From positions 1 to 64,000 of the forward strand of contig JAQGDQ010001065.1 in the NCBI GenBank assembly GCA_030141605.1: DNA of 64,000 bases, read 5' to 3'. The notes beneath the pieces were generated by a model that did no database searches, was not told where the DNA came from, and saw only the letters and a list, made by a program, of their open reading frames with translations. The position numbers and the translations under genes are program-made. Shown here piece after piece: positions 44,814 to 58,328 of the stretch (position 1 is the stretch's first letter; every line of letters starts with the position of its first letter). This stretch comes from Tubiluchus corallicola (lineage: Eukaryota; Animalia; Priapulida).

Positions 44814-46069
44814 GCGGGATGCTCACTCTGTATCTCGACACTAGGCGGAGGAGCTGCACAAAGCGTTCACTAAGGCAAACTGACAGCACCCCTTCTGAAA
44901 TTGATACAAAACACCAGTTTAACGTGCTGACCAAAAGTTTTTTTTATTGTTGTTAGAGCCTTTAACAGTTACAAAGACAGGAATGAGAACTGCAAGTAGC
45001 CTTAAGAACAGCGACGTCACAACAATAAATTCGTAAGAAATTCACAGTCATAATGCTCATGACAGTCAGAAAAATAGAGCAATGGCCTAGTAAATAAACA
45101 AACAGGTGGCAGCACCGTGGCAGTAATTGAGAACTAAATTAAAACCAAAAAAGGGCCTATGCACCCACTACACCTTCCATAATATAATAGACTGTCTATT
45201 ATGAGAAACAACTACATGTATTGCTGTAATAACTGTAATACTAGACTAGCTGACAGCACCCCTTCCATAATATAATAGACTGTCTCTCAATTGTACTCAT
45301 TAATTAACGACTTATGCTAGAAACAACTAATTGTACTGCTGTAATAACTGTAATACTAGACTAGCTGACAGCACCCCTTCCATAATATAATAGACTGTCT
45401 CTCAATTAAGTACTATTAATTAACGACTTATGCTAGAATCAACAATGTACTGCTGTAATAACTGTAATACTAGACTAGCTGACAGCACCCCTTCCATAAT
45501 ATAATAGACTGTCTCTCAATTAAGTACTATTAATTAACGACTTATGCTAGAATCAACAATGTACTGCTGTAATAACTGTAATACTACACTAATTGTATTA
45601 ATTTCACATGTATTGGATTTCTGAATTAAGTAGCAACATTGTGCATTACAAGGTACAACTTGTACTTTGTATGGGCTTATAGGCTCATGTACATCTAGTG
45701 TCGTTTCTGTTATCGTATCTATTCTACGGGTTTTGTAAATTTCAATTAAGTATTAACTAATGAACAAGTCGTATTTTTGAATTAACTGTTTTGAGTTATT
45801 ATGATACACGAAGTAACTAACTCACTGCACATAGTGGAAATACTGTGATTAGTAATAGTTACTGTGTTGTAAATCCACTCAAAATAAGGTTTACATGTAA
45901 TATAATATCTCGCTACAGTATAGACAAGATGGCGTCATTCCAATAAGGTAAAAAGCCACGCCTCCTTATGTTCTTTCTTAGAATCGGTAAGAGGATGTCA
46001 TCTGCTTAAGGTCATTTAAGGAAGCAAAATAAATATTAGGACCTAAAATAAGTTCTCTTTATATGCTAA

Positions 46070-46575
46070 CTTTCTTACTTACTTACCTATCTAGCTACCT
46101 ATCTACCTACCCACTTACTCGCTCACTCATTCACTCACTTACTCACTCACACACTCACTTATTCATTCACTCGCTTACTCACTCGCATGCTCACTCAATC
46201 AATCATCAACTCACTCACTCGCTCACTTACTCACTCACACACTCACTTATTCATTCACTCGCCTACTCACTCAATCAATCACCAACTCACTCACTCGCTC
46301 ACTTACTCACTCACATACTCACTTACTCATTCATTCACTCGCCTGCTCACTAAATCAATCACCCACTCACTCACTTGCTCACTAACTCACTTACTCATTC
46401 ATTCACTCGCTTACTCACTCACCTGCTCACTCAATCAATCACCTACTCACTCACTCGCTCACTTACTCACTCATTCATTCACTCGCCTGCTCACTTAATC
46501 ACTCACATATTCACTCACTTATTCACTAGCTCACTTGCTCACTCACTCACCTTACCTTCCCTGCTTACTTACTTC
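46070..46575. repeat. Degenerate (ACTC)n low-complexity repeat
   Basis: Direct reading. Confidence 0.92.
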
Positions 46576-47377
46576 GAATAATTTCTTTTATCAATTAATT
46601 AAACCTGCCTTTGATATTAATATTTAACTTATTTCATTTTAATACTTAACTTATTTAATATTATGAAATAATCACGACCGTTTTTCAGAATGTTGCTCAA
46701 CACTCTGTATGCGCTCACATTCTCAACTCTTGTTTTTGGTTGCCATGGCACCCAGTGAATTACTGGACACGCCCTCTTACTCCTATTTTGTAAAACGGGC
46801 AGCTGGTTGGTAATTAAAGGTAATCCCGCACGCAGTTGATTGGATGAGTGTTTATAGGACCTAAGGACCTGCTTAAACAGTTTTATCCCGTGCGCATGCG
46901 CAACAGCGTCTTGCGCCATAATCTCGGCACGCCAAAACTTTTTGCAAAATTCATCCGCATTAGAAAATAAGTCGCTTCGTTAGTTTCAAACGATCGCGCA
47001 ATTTTACTAATCGACTAAGTCAACGCGAGGAAAAAACGACAAGGAATTAGGGACAATGAATGCCGCCAGGGGCGCTGCGCGGCGCTTAACAAGATTACCA
47101 TTTTAATTGAGTGTGGCATAAGCTGCTTCTGAATTGTTGCTTTGTATTCGCTACGTCTACAAAAAGCTGACTAAACACTAGGCCTGGGTTTTCTTATGTA
47201 AATAAACACAGAGCTGCAGCGTTTAACATGGAGAAACTTAATTAATTTTGTCACTCACTAATTAAACCATATTAGGAGCCATGTTGAATGTGTTTTTGTA
47301 ATTTGTTTTTTATTGCGAATAAAACTTTTCGTTTGTTTTAGTAAAGCGATTATGTAACTCTGTGTATTTACAAAGCT

Positions 47378-48390
<1,013 letters not shown>

Positions 48391-49639
48391 GTTTACAGAA
48401 AAGTTACAAAAGTACTATTTTATCGGTTTATCTTCACTATCGTTTTTAATCCGCGAGCAGCGGCTTCTAAGACAACCCATACGCTAGTACTTTTTGTTAA
48501 AGGAAAGCCAAACCATTTGACAAGGTAAGCTAATTTTAGTATTCGCGAAAAATGTTAGAAAGGTTTAGTAAAAAAACAGCGATAACCGCCTAATAAATTA
48601 AATAATTATTTGGATTAAGGTCGCTTTCATTTCACGGATGCTTCACTTTGGGCGTCCATTTTTCCACCAACTACGTCACTCGTCGACTAAAGGAAAGCGA
48701 GCTCACTGTGAATTTCCAGCAGAAATATCTTCGGCTTTCAGAAGAAATTAGATAGCCAATTTTGCGTGAAGATTACGTTTATTACAGAAGTTTGAATTAG
48801 TTTAAATAATTCGCACTAACGGACGGCCAGAATGCGCTTACGGAAAGTCACGAAGTCCACCAGTTACGAGCCGAAATGTGAAGATAAGGCAAACTGCTCA
48901 ATCACACATGAGTAAACCGCACTTGACCAGGCAAGTGATAGCTAATCACGAGCATTGTGTGCACTGGCTATATATGAGTGTAATAATTGAAAGTTTACCG
49001 CACGACGTTGAGTAAACCACACTAGACCAGGCATATTCAACTGATAAACACGGTCCTACTCGCGGATTTAGATTCGAATTAGTTCAGTTTTGTCTAAACC
49101 AAGTTTCTTAAACTAGCTGCATTGATTCATCGAGTATCTCAGAGTACGTTGAATAATTATATCCATTGTAACAATCTTTGTGGCATATGTTAATCAGAGT
49201 ACGTTGAATAATTATATCCATTGTAACAATCATTGTGTCATATGTTACACAACTATTGACACAATCTGTTCCTTCGCTCACGCTAAAGCTCAAGGCAATA
49301 CTTTAACCTATCAGACCCGCGTGATAATTTAAGCCGCGGACCGCCTAAGGCCTCGCTCACACTGCACAATCTGACTCACGTTTCAGCAGAACTATAAAGT
49401 AAAACGGCACAAGGCGATTAATATTTGATGCGGCGTAGACTGACTGTGTAAGATTTACTGATTTTGCCGGGGGCTATGGCTGTTCTAAATAGGATCATTT
49501 AGTGGAGTGATGACAACTGTGAATTTTCCCTTGATAAGAGACCTGGACAGATACAGGTTGTTCGGAAAATAACGCTCAACTGATTGGTGAAATATGCTAA
49601 AAGTTTACAAGAAATATATCAAATTTTCTTGGCAGACGT

Positions 49640-50390
49640 ATTAAATAAGTAAGAAAACAAGTAAATAAGTAAGAAAGTTGGTAATGAAGTAAGTAAGTAA
49701 GTAAGTAAGTAAATAAGTAAGTAAGCAAGCAAGTAAAAAACAAGTCAGTAAATAACAAGCAAGCAGGCAAGTAGGTGAGCAGTCAAGCAAGTAACAAAGT
49801 AAGTAAGTAAATAAGTAAGAGAGTAAGTAAGCAAACAAGTAAGCAAATAAGTAAGTGCAAACAAATAAGTAAATAAGTAATTGAGTAAGTAAGCAAGTAA
49901 ATAACTAAGTAAGGAGTAAGCAAGCAAGCAAGTAAGTAAATAAGCAAGTAAATAAGTAAGTTAGTTAGCAAGTAAGTAAGCAAACAAGTAAGTAGGTAAA
50001 TAAGTAAATAATCAAGCAAGCATGCAAACAAGTACGTAAGAAAGTAAGTAAATGAGTAAGTAAGTAAGTTAACAAGTAAGCAGGCAGGCAAGTAGGCGAG
50101 TAATCAAGCAAGCAAGCAAACAAGTACGTAAGAAAGTAAGTAAGTTAACAAGTAAGCAAGCAAGCAAACAAGTACGTAAGAAAGCGATTAATATTGCTAA
50201 AAGATGAGAGAAAAATTTATATAGCATTTTTTGTTTTTAAAAATTCGTTCTCTTTCTCTTCTCTCTGTTTTCCTTTCTCTCTCTCTCTCTCTCTGTGCCT
50301 GTCTCTCTCTCTCTGTTTTCCCTTCTCTCTCTCTCTCTCTGTTTGCCTTTCTCTCTGTTTTCCTCTCTCTCTATTCCTGTCTTTCTCCCC
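49640..50390. repeat. Degenerate (AAGT/AAGC)n then (CT)n
   Basis: Direct reading. Confidence 0.92.
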
Positions 50391-51461
50391 CCTCGTAGCA
50401 TATTTGTGAATACAAAGAGTTAGACAATCATGTCCTGTAGGTTACAGGCTGGAAACGCGCTAAAAACCGCAAAAATCTTCCTACCATTTTCCAAAATTGC
50501 TCTCAAATTATTCCAGTAAAATGCCACTGCGGTGTGAATCACTGCTCGTATTTCCTGGATGGATAACACGGGATAGTTGGGATAAGTACAGGTTGCCAGG
50601 CGGTGTATGATTTCAACCAGTCAGCCAAATTGTTATCTAATTGTACGAAACGGTTCGTATCATAGACGTAAACGGTACAATTAGGGGCCTGCATTGCCGA
50701 GTAATTGTCTTAATAAGTGTATAAACGGTAAGTTGAGCGTGGCTTCGCGGGCCGTAATGACATAATTTGCATGCCGTAATGAAGCCATTGCTGATTTATC
50801 TAGCATTAATGTTTCTAAATTAGAGCTTAGATCGGAAAATTTGTGAGAGGAATTGAGACAGTGTGTTCTTTACGCTTAAATAACGACTTCATAAATGTTC
50901 AATGACGAGCGTCGCTGCGCATGCGTATTAGTCACGCCCACAGCTTCACAGAATTTGTCCTCGGCAAACGAGACATTGCTGTTACTACACTAAATTGAGG
51001 AAGATTAAAGAATTTTTAGTTTTGAAGATACAACAGTTATTTGTTAGGCCATCCTGGAATACTTTGTATTTTAGAATATCGTTTTAACACCATAGATGCT
51101 TATAAATTCACTTTTTTCCCTCGGACGTCTTATATGTGGAATTTTCTGTCAAGAAGTTATCTCCCTGAATACCACAACTTCTTCCAAATCTAGAAAAGTG
51201 TTAATAGGTATCTTTTATCGCCTATCACTTTTTGCTGTAATTCTTAGGACATACAGTATCGCGACTGCTAATTATAAATTTGTAAGTGTCCCATTAAACG
51301 TGAAAACATTGTAAGCGTTTTACAGCACCAAGATGTCAATTATGTGTTAACTTGTCGTGATAATCTGATTTTAATTAACTTTGCTAATATTTGGTTATAT
51401 AATTTTATTTTTAACGGGAATAATTAATTTTAGAAAATTGTTATCAATGTCAGATAGAAAG

Positions 51462-51992
51462 GTAATAATACAATGCTAGCATAACTATTGTAAGTTGTTA
51501 AATATGAAATGTAAATACTGCTAACTGTTATAGCCCTGTAAATAGAGGACGCATGTATTATGTATGTGTTAATATTCTCAAAATAAATAATAATAATAAT
51601 ACAATGTTAGCATAGCTATTGTAAGTTGTTATATATGAAATGTAAATACTGCTAACCGTTATGGCCCTGTAAATAGAGGGCGCATGTACATATGTATGTG
51701 TTAATATTTTCAAAATAAATAATAATAACAATAATAATACAATGTTAGCATAGCTATTGTAAGTTGTTAAATATGAAATGTAAATACTGCTAACCGTTAT
51801 AGCCCTGTAAATAGAGGGCGCATGTACTATGTATGTGTTAATATTTTCAAAATAAATAATAATAACAATAATAATACAATGTTAGCATAGCATAGCTATT
51901 GTAAGTTGTTAAATATGAAATGTAAATACTGCTAACTGTTATAGCCCTGTAAATAGAGGGCGCATGTACATATGTATGTGCTCAAAATAAAG
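51462..51992 (+). repeat. ~135-bp tandem repeat x4
   Basis: CTATTGTAAGTTGTTA...CCCTGTAAATAGAGG recurs four times. Confidence 0.93.
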
Positions 51993-53125
51993 AATTATAA
52001 TAAAAAAATAATTAGGGTCTACTGTCAGGTCATTGGCCCTTTAGGCAATTTGTATAAAAAAACACAAGAACATTCAATCGGGCGAAAGTGATATTTGTGT
52101 AGCGTTACTGTACAACATTCGGTGCGATACACGCTGTAATGTACAAAAACTCGACAAATTGTTAAGCTTTAAAATTCAGATACCAGGTATACCGTTGCGC
52201 ACATGCGCCAGCTATTAAACGTGTGCACTACTTCACAACTGAACACTAGCAAATGTTCAAATACATGTAAATAGCCAATAATTCTTTCACGCAAGTCATT
52301 TTTGAAAAAAATGGTATTTTACCTTCAATATTTTATAAGACAAATTTGTTTGAACTATGATTAAACTGTAAATTGGCCGTCAGCTTTTAGACAGAAAACC
52401 TGACATCCTGTATTTTCTAATGGAGATTTAGAGCGCAGCTCCAAATGTTAATTAAAATATTGGACTGCCCTCCTCTCATAGCGGAGGCAGGACTGGCACC
52501 GCGGCCACACCGTGCGGCATGTGTTAATTATGTCATTCAACGCCTCACCCATAAACAAAGATTGAATAATAGAGTCAGTCGAAATGACAATTTATTATTG
52601 AATTTTACACTTTTAATAAGGAACGACCAGCTTACCTACAGAAACAGAGTTTGCGAGAAAAGCCTGAGAAATGTGAACAGAGCTGCACACGCTACGAAAG
52701 ACACGACCACTGACAAGGGTCTACAGCAGACCTTCCCTTTTTATAAGCTCAGGTGTGCACGTGACTAGTGGCTTTTACTAACACAAGGTCAGAATACGAG
52801 TCTGTGCTAGATAAAGCCACGTTCACATGCACACCTGAGAAGTCTACTGTGCCCTACCAGCATTACATTTCATTTCCTTACAGCCCTGTAGTGCAATATC
52901 TACTTGGTATCTGCTTGTTCTGTGAATTTATCGTACTACTATGGTACCAGCCAACGGCTAGAGGGCGGAGGAGGTCAAGTGATGCAACGGCCATGTGTAG
53001 AGGAGTAAACCTTCCAAATCGGGAGTGGAGCACCGAAGGCGGACCAGTGCAGCATGCTCACTGACCCCGGCAGCTCCTGCAGCCAACCTGGTGCCAAACG
53101 TATCGCTCCGCTTTCCTTTGAACTA

Positions 53126-53525
53126 CACCAGGGAGGAAGAGAGGAGGTTCCTGCGGTCTGGGCAACTCAGGATCTCCATACACCTGGCCCAGGCGTGCGC
53201 CCTGGAGACGTTCAAGGATCGCACTGCTCAGCCACAGTCGACGCTGCAGCTCCATCAATGTGATCAATAACCGACTCTCTTGGCACACTCCATTGTCTTC
53301 CGAGACAGAAGGATGCCAACCAAGCAACACCAGGGAGGAAGAGAGGGGGTTCCTGTTGTCTGGGCAACTCAGGATCTCCATACACCTTCCCCAGGCGTGT
53401 GCCTTGGAGACGTTCAAGGATCGCACTGCTCAGCCACAGTCGACGCTGCAGCTCCATCAATGTGATCAATAACTGACTCTCTTGGCGCACACTCCATTGT
53501 CTTCCGAGACAGAAGGATGCCAACA
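53126..53525 (+). repeat. ~202-bp GC-rich direct duplication
   Basis: ACACCAGGGAGGAAGAGAGG...GAAGGATGCCAAC occurs twice. Confidence 0.93.
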
Positions 53526-53822
53526 ATAACAATGGTTTCTTCAACCGGGATATATTTATGATTAAAACAAAACAAAAGAAAAATTTAATGAATCAGACAC
53601 ACTCTTTTTATTCATTGTTGTATTTACAATTAAGTTAAATGGTTAAGAAGTAAAATAATTATTCATCATACTCAAATACTATACAGGTAATATGACTTAC
53701 TCCACTTGTAACAGTGCATGAAAAATTCTCGTGTGCTGTAAATTTGTGCAGCTTAATTAACAATTAATTTCCATCAAATGTCTCTTAATTATTATCACAA
53801 CAAAATGATGTTCATGCTTCTC

Positions 53823-54143
53823 CTATAATGCACCTTGAAATTGTTCTTGACCCGGAAGTGCTTGGTGACTGGGGTCATACGTTGCCTCTGAGCTGTAACC
53901 GGAAGTGTAGCCGGATGTGGGCCAATTCCATTGACTGTACGCAGGATATTCAAGCTGCTGGGTGGTGTATTGATTGATAGCTGCGTACTGCTGCGATATA
54001 TCCATAAAAGGTTGTTGCATGGCAACAGGCCACTCCCCTTCTTGTATTGCTTCGCTCTGATAGGCGGAGACAGGACAAGCCGTCACGTGGCCCTGAGCGC
54101 TAGGAATCATGGGATACAGATGGTGGTTTTCTGTTCTCTTTTT
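53823..54143 (-). CDS. 3' part of the terminal exon of the divergent homeobox gene (Q/Y/S/P-rich tail ending FQGAL*)
   Basis: Identical to the plus-strand copy over ~160 nt and continues to a TAG stop. Same strand as the homeobox exon. AATAAA on the minus strand at 53612-53607. Confidence 0.7.
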   Translation of the reverse strand, partial: KKRTENHHLYPMIPSAQGHVTACPVSAYQSEAIQEGEWPVAMQQPFMDISQQYAAINQYTTQQLEYPAYSQWNWPTSGYTSGYSSEATYDPSHQALPGQEQFQGAL

Positions 54144-54146
54144 AGG

Positions 54147-54399
54147 TCAAAGTTCAAACGACGTGGCAAAAAGGATACCGCTTACAACGGTACTGAAGAC
54201 GTATTAAGTATTCTCTCCACGAACCGCTACATATCCAGGCCAAAAAAGAGAACAGAAAACCACCATCTGTATCCCATGATTCCTAGCGCTCAGGGCCACG
54301 TGACGGCTTGTCCTGTCTCCGCCTATCAGAGCGAAGCAATACAAGAAGGGGAGTGGCCTGTTGCCATGCAACAACCTTTTATGGATATATCGCAGCAGT
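54147..54399 (+). CDS. 5' part of the terminal exon of the divergent homeobox gene, assembled in inverted orientation
   Basis: TTTTCTGTTCTCTTTTTAG|G TCA AAG TTC AAA CGA CGT is a phase-2 acceptor that completes helix 3 as WFQNR-R-SKFKRRG. The frame stays open into the N gap. Confidence 0.7.
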
Positions 54400-54689
54400 N
54401 NNNNNNNNNNNNNNNNNNNNNNNNNNNNNNNNNNNNNNNNNNNNNNNNNNNNNNNNNNNNNNNNNNNNNNNNNNNNNNNNNNNNNNNNNNNNNNNNNNNN
54501 NNNNNNNNNNNNNNNNNNNNNNNNNNNNNNNNNNNNNNNNNNNNNNNNNNNNNNNNNNNNNNNNNNNNNNNNNNNNNNNNNNNNNNNNNNNNNNNNNNNN
54601 NNNNNNNNNNNNNNNNNNNNNNNNNNNNNNNNNNNNNNNNNNNNNNNNNNNNNNNNNNNNNNNNNNNNNNNNNNNNNNNNNNNNNNNNN
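54400..54689. other. Assembly gap (290 N)
   Basis: Run of n. Confidence 1.
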
Positions 54690-54860
54690 GCCTAATGTTA
54701 ACATATTTAGATTTTGCACAGAAAGATTTAAACACTTCAGCATTGATCCTTAGAAATAAATCCACTTGGGGCATTGCGGCGTGTAGGGAGTCCTGGCATA
54801 GGGAGGTGAGCAGAATCATGTACCTGGACGTGTGATTCATTGAAGAAGAAGAAGAAGAAG
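54690..54860 (+). mobile_element. RTE-type LINE 3' end
   Basis: TYLDFAQKDL...TWGIAACRESWHREV resembles the RTE ORF end (D..W...A.DR..WR..V). It is followed by a very short UTR and a (GAA)6 tail. Confidence 0.6.
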
Positions 54861-55075
54861 TTGTATTCCTACAAGCGAGAATCTGAATAGCTACAATCTG
54901 AGAATAACTCAATAGATACCTTCTTCTACAAGCAAAATTCGTATACAGGAAATCTTTGTCTTTTTTTCGAGATTTATTTTCGTTGTATCATTTTCAGAAA
55001 GCTGCCATTTTATCAGGAATGGAGACGAATCGTTATTTTCAATACAATTTGTTCCAACATTCAAGATAAAGAGTT

Positions 55076-56740
55076 AAAGCAAGAAAGAGAATGAAGGTAC
55101 TAAAGCAAGAAAGAGAATGAAGGTACTAAAGCAAGAAAGAGACTGAAGGTACTAAAGCAAGAAAGAGACTGAAGGTACTAAAGCAAGAAAGAGACTGAAG
55201 GTACTAAAGCAAGAAAGAGACTGAAGGTACTAAAGCAAGAAAGAGAATGAAGGTACTAAAGCAAGAAAGAGAATGATGGTACTAAAGCAAGAAAGAGACT
55301 GAAGGTACTAAAGCAAGAAAGAGAATGAAGGTACTAAAGCAAGAAAGAGAATGAAGGTACTAAAGCAAGAAAGAGAATGAAGGTACTAAAGCAAGAAAGA
55401 GACTGAAGGTACTAAAGCAAGAAAGAGAATGAAGGTACTAAAACAAGAAAGAGAATGAAGGTACTAAAGCAAGAAAGAGAATGAAGGTACTAAAGAAAGA
55501 AAGAGAATGAAGGTAATAAAGCAAGAAAGAGACTGAAGGTACTAAAGCAAGAAAGAGAATGAAGGTACTAAAGCAAGAAAGAGAATGAAGGTACTAAAGC
55601 AAGAAAGAGAATGAAGGTACTAAAGCAAGAAAGAGACTGAAGGTACTAAGGCAAGAAAGAGACTGAAGGTACTAAAGCAAGAAAGAGACTGAAGGTACTA
55701 AAGCAGGAAAGAGACTGAAGGTCCTAAAGCAAGAAAGAGACTGAAGGTTCTAAAGCAAGAAAGAGAATGAAGGTACTAAAGTAAGAAAGAGAATGAAGGT
55801 ACTAAAGCAAGAAAGAGACTGAAGGTACTAAAGCAAGAAAGAGAATGAAGGTACTAAAGCAAGAGAAGAGAATGAAGGTACTAAAGCAAGAAAGAGACTG
55901 AAGGTACTAAAGCAAGAAAAAGAATGAAGGTACTAAAGCAAGAAAGAGAATGATGGTACTAAAGCAAGAAAGAGAATGAAGGTACTAAAGAAAGAAAGAG
56001 AATGAAGGTACTGAAGCAAGAAAGAGAATGAAGGTACTAAAACAAGAAAGAGAATGAAGGTGCTAAAACAAGAAAGAGAATGAAGGTACTAAAGCAAGAA
56101 AGAGAACGAAGGTACTAAAGCAAGAAAGAGAATGAAGGTACTAAAGCAAGAAAGAGAATGAAGGTACTAAAACAAGAAAGAGAATGAAGGTACTAAAGCA
56201 AGAAAGAGAATGAAGGTACTAAAGCAAGAAAGAGAATGAAAGTACTAAAGCAAGAAAGAGACTGAAGGTACTAAAGCAAGAAAGAGAATGAAGGTACTAA
56301 AGCAAGAAAGAGAATGAAGGTACTAAAACAAGAAAGAGAATGAAGGTACTAAAACAAGAAAGAGAATGAAGGTACTAAAACAAGAAAGAGAATGAAGGTG
56401 CTAAAACAAGAAAGAGAATGAAGGTACTAAAGCAAGAAAGAGAATGAAGGTACTAAAGCAAGAAAGAGAATGAAAGTACTAAAGCAAGAAAGAGACTGAA
56501 GGTACTAAAGCAAGAAAGAGAATGAAGGTACTAAAGCAAGAAAGAGAATGAAGGTACTAAAACAAGAAAGAGAATGAAGGTACTAAAACAAGAAAGAGAA
56601 TGAAGGTAATAAAGCAAGAAAGAGACTGAAGGTACTAAAGCAAGAAAGAGAATGAAGGTACTAAAGCAAGAAAGAGAATGAAGGTACTAAAGCAAGAAAG
56701 AGAATGAAGGTACTAAAGCAAGAAAGAGAATGAAGGTACT
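55076..56740 (+). repeat. 26-bp purine-rich minisatellite, ~64 copies
   Basis: Unit AAAGCAAGAAAGAGA(A/C)TGAAGGTACT. Confidence 0.98.
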
Positions 56741-56793
56741 TGCATTTAAAAATGTGCAACCAATCTGTTTTATTCACATATCAAGGTTTCTTA

Positions 56794-58328
56794 TAGGTTT
56801 TACATGTCAAATGTAGACCTGCGTTAACTCAAATGTAGATTTATGTAATTCAAATGTGTCTTGGTAACTCAAATGTAGAATTAGGTAGTTCAAATGTGTT
56901 AACAATGGTCAATGGTTTTCAAGAAATCTTAAGCGTTTTTTGGTAAGTCAAATGTGACATTGGTATCTCAAATGTGGATAGGTGGTAAAGTTTAAGCACG
57001 TTAAATTTAATCTTCTTTAATTTCAATTTAATAATTGCTCCTAAGTTAAAATAACAACGTTATAGGTCTACTAATAGATGCACTATCTTTGGTTTATCTT
57101 TTTCTAATTTGCATTTAAATAACTTAGTTACCCATTTATTCAAAGTAATGCATCTACATTTGACTTACCTAAGTCACATTTGAGTTACCAAAACACATTC
57201 GAAATTCCTATGTCTACATTTGACTTTCCTAAGTCACATTTGAACTTTCCTGTGTCTACATTTGACTTACCTGAGTCACATTTGAACTTTCCTGTGTCTA
57301 CATTTGACTTACCTAAGTCACATTTGAACTTTCCTGTGTCTACACTTGACTTACCTAAGTCACATATGAACTTTCCTATGTCTACATTTGACTTACCTGA
57401 GTCACATTTGAACTTTCCTGTGTCTACATTTGACTTACCTAAGTCACATTTGAACTTTCCTGTGTCTACACTTGACTTACCTAAGTCACATATGAACTTT
57501 CCTATGTCTACATTTGACTTACCTAAGTCACATTTGAACTTTCCTGTGTCTACATTTGACTTACCTAAGTCACATTTGAACTTTCCTGTGTCTACATTTG
57601 ACTTACCTAAGTCACATTTGAACTTTCCTGTGTCTACACTTGACTTACCTAAGTCACATATGAACTTTCCTATGTCTACATTTGACTTACCTAAGTCACA
57701 TTTGAACTTTCCTGTGTCTACATTTGACTTACCTAAGTCACATTTGAACTTTCCTGTGTCTACATTTGACTTACCTGAGTCACATTTGAACTTTCCTGTG
57801 TCTACATTTGACTTACCTAAGTCACATTTGAACTTTCCTATGTCTACATTTGACTTACCTAAGTCACATATGAACTTTCCTATGTCTACATTTGACCTAC
57901 CTAAGTCACATTTGAACTTTCCCGTGTCTACATTTGACTTACCTAAGTCACATTTGAACTTTCCTATGTCTACATTTGACTTACCTAAGTCACATTTGAA
58001 CTTTCCCGTATCTACATTTGACTTACCTAAGTCACATTTGAACTTTCCTATGTCTACATTTGACTTACGTAAGTCACATTTGAACTTTCCCGTGTCTACA
58101 TTTGACTTACCTAAGTCACATTTGAACTTTCCTGTGTCTACATTTGACTTACCTAAGTCACATTTGAACTTTCCTGTGTCTACATTTGACTTACCTAAGT
58201 CACATTTGAACTTTCCTGTGTCTACATTTGACTTACCTAAGACACATTTGAACTTTCCCGTGTCTACATTTGACTTACCTAAGTCACATTTGAACTTTCC
58301 TGTGTCTACATTTGACGTGTAAAACCTA
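56794..58328 (+). mobile_element. Complete long copy of the fold-back element (~27 x 42-bp units)
   Basis: TIR TAGGTTTTACATGTCAAATGTAGAC ... GTCTACATTTGACGTGTAAAACCTA flanked by TA on both sides. Confidence 0.88.

Larger units (their letters stand above)
43080..45590 (+). repeat. ~760-bp tandem array (about 3 units) carrying the 5S-derived segment, ending in ~120-bp subrepeats
   Basis: 5S heads are spaced 765 and 759 bp apart with conserved spacers. The motif CTGACAGCACCCCTTCC recurs. Confidence 0.9.

Noticed and set aside
54204-54912. ORFs spanning the N run
   Set aside because: Artefacts of translating the gap.
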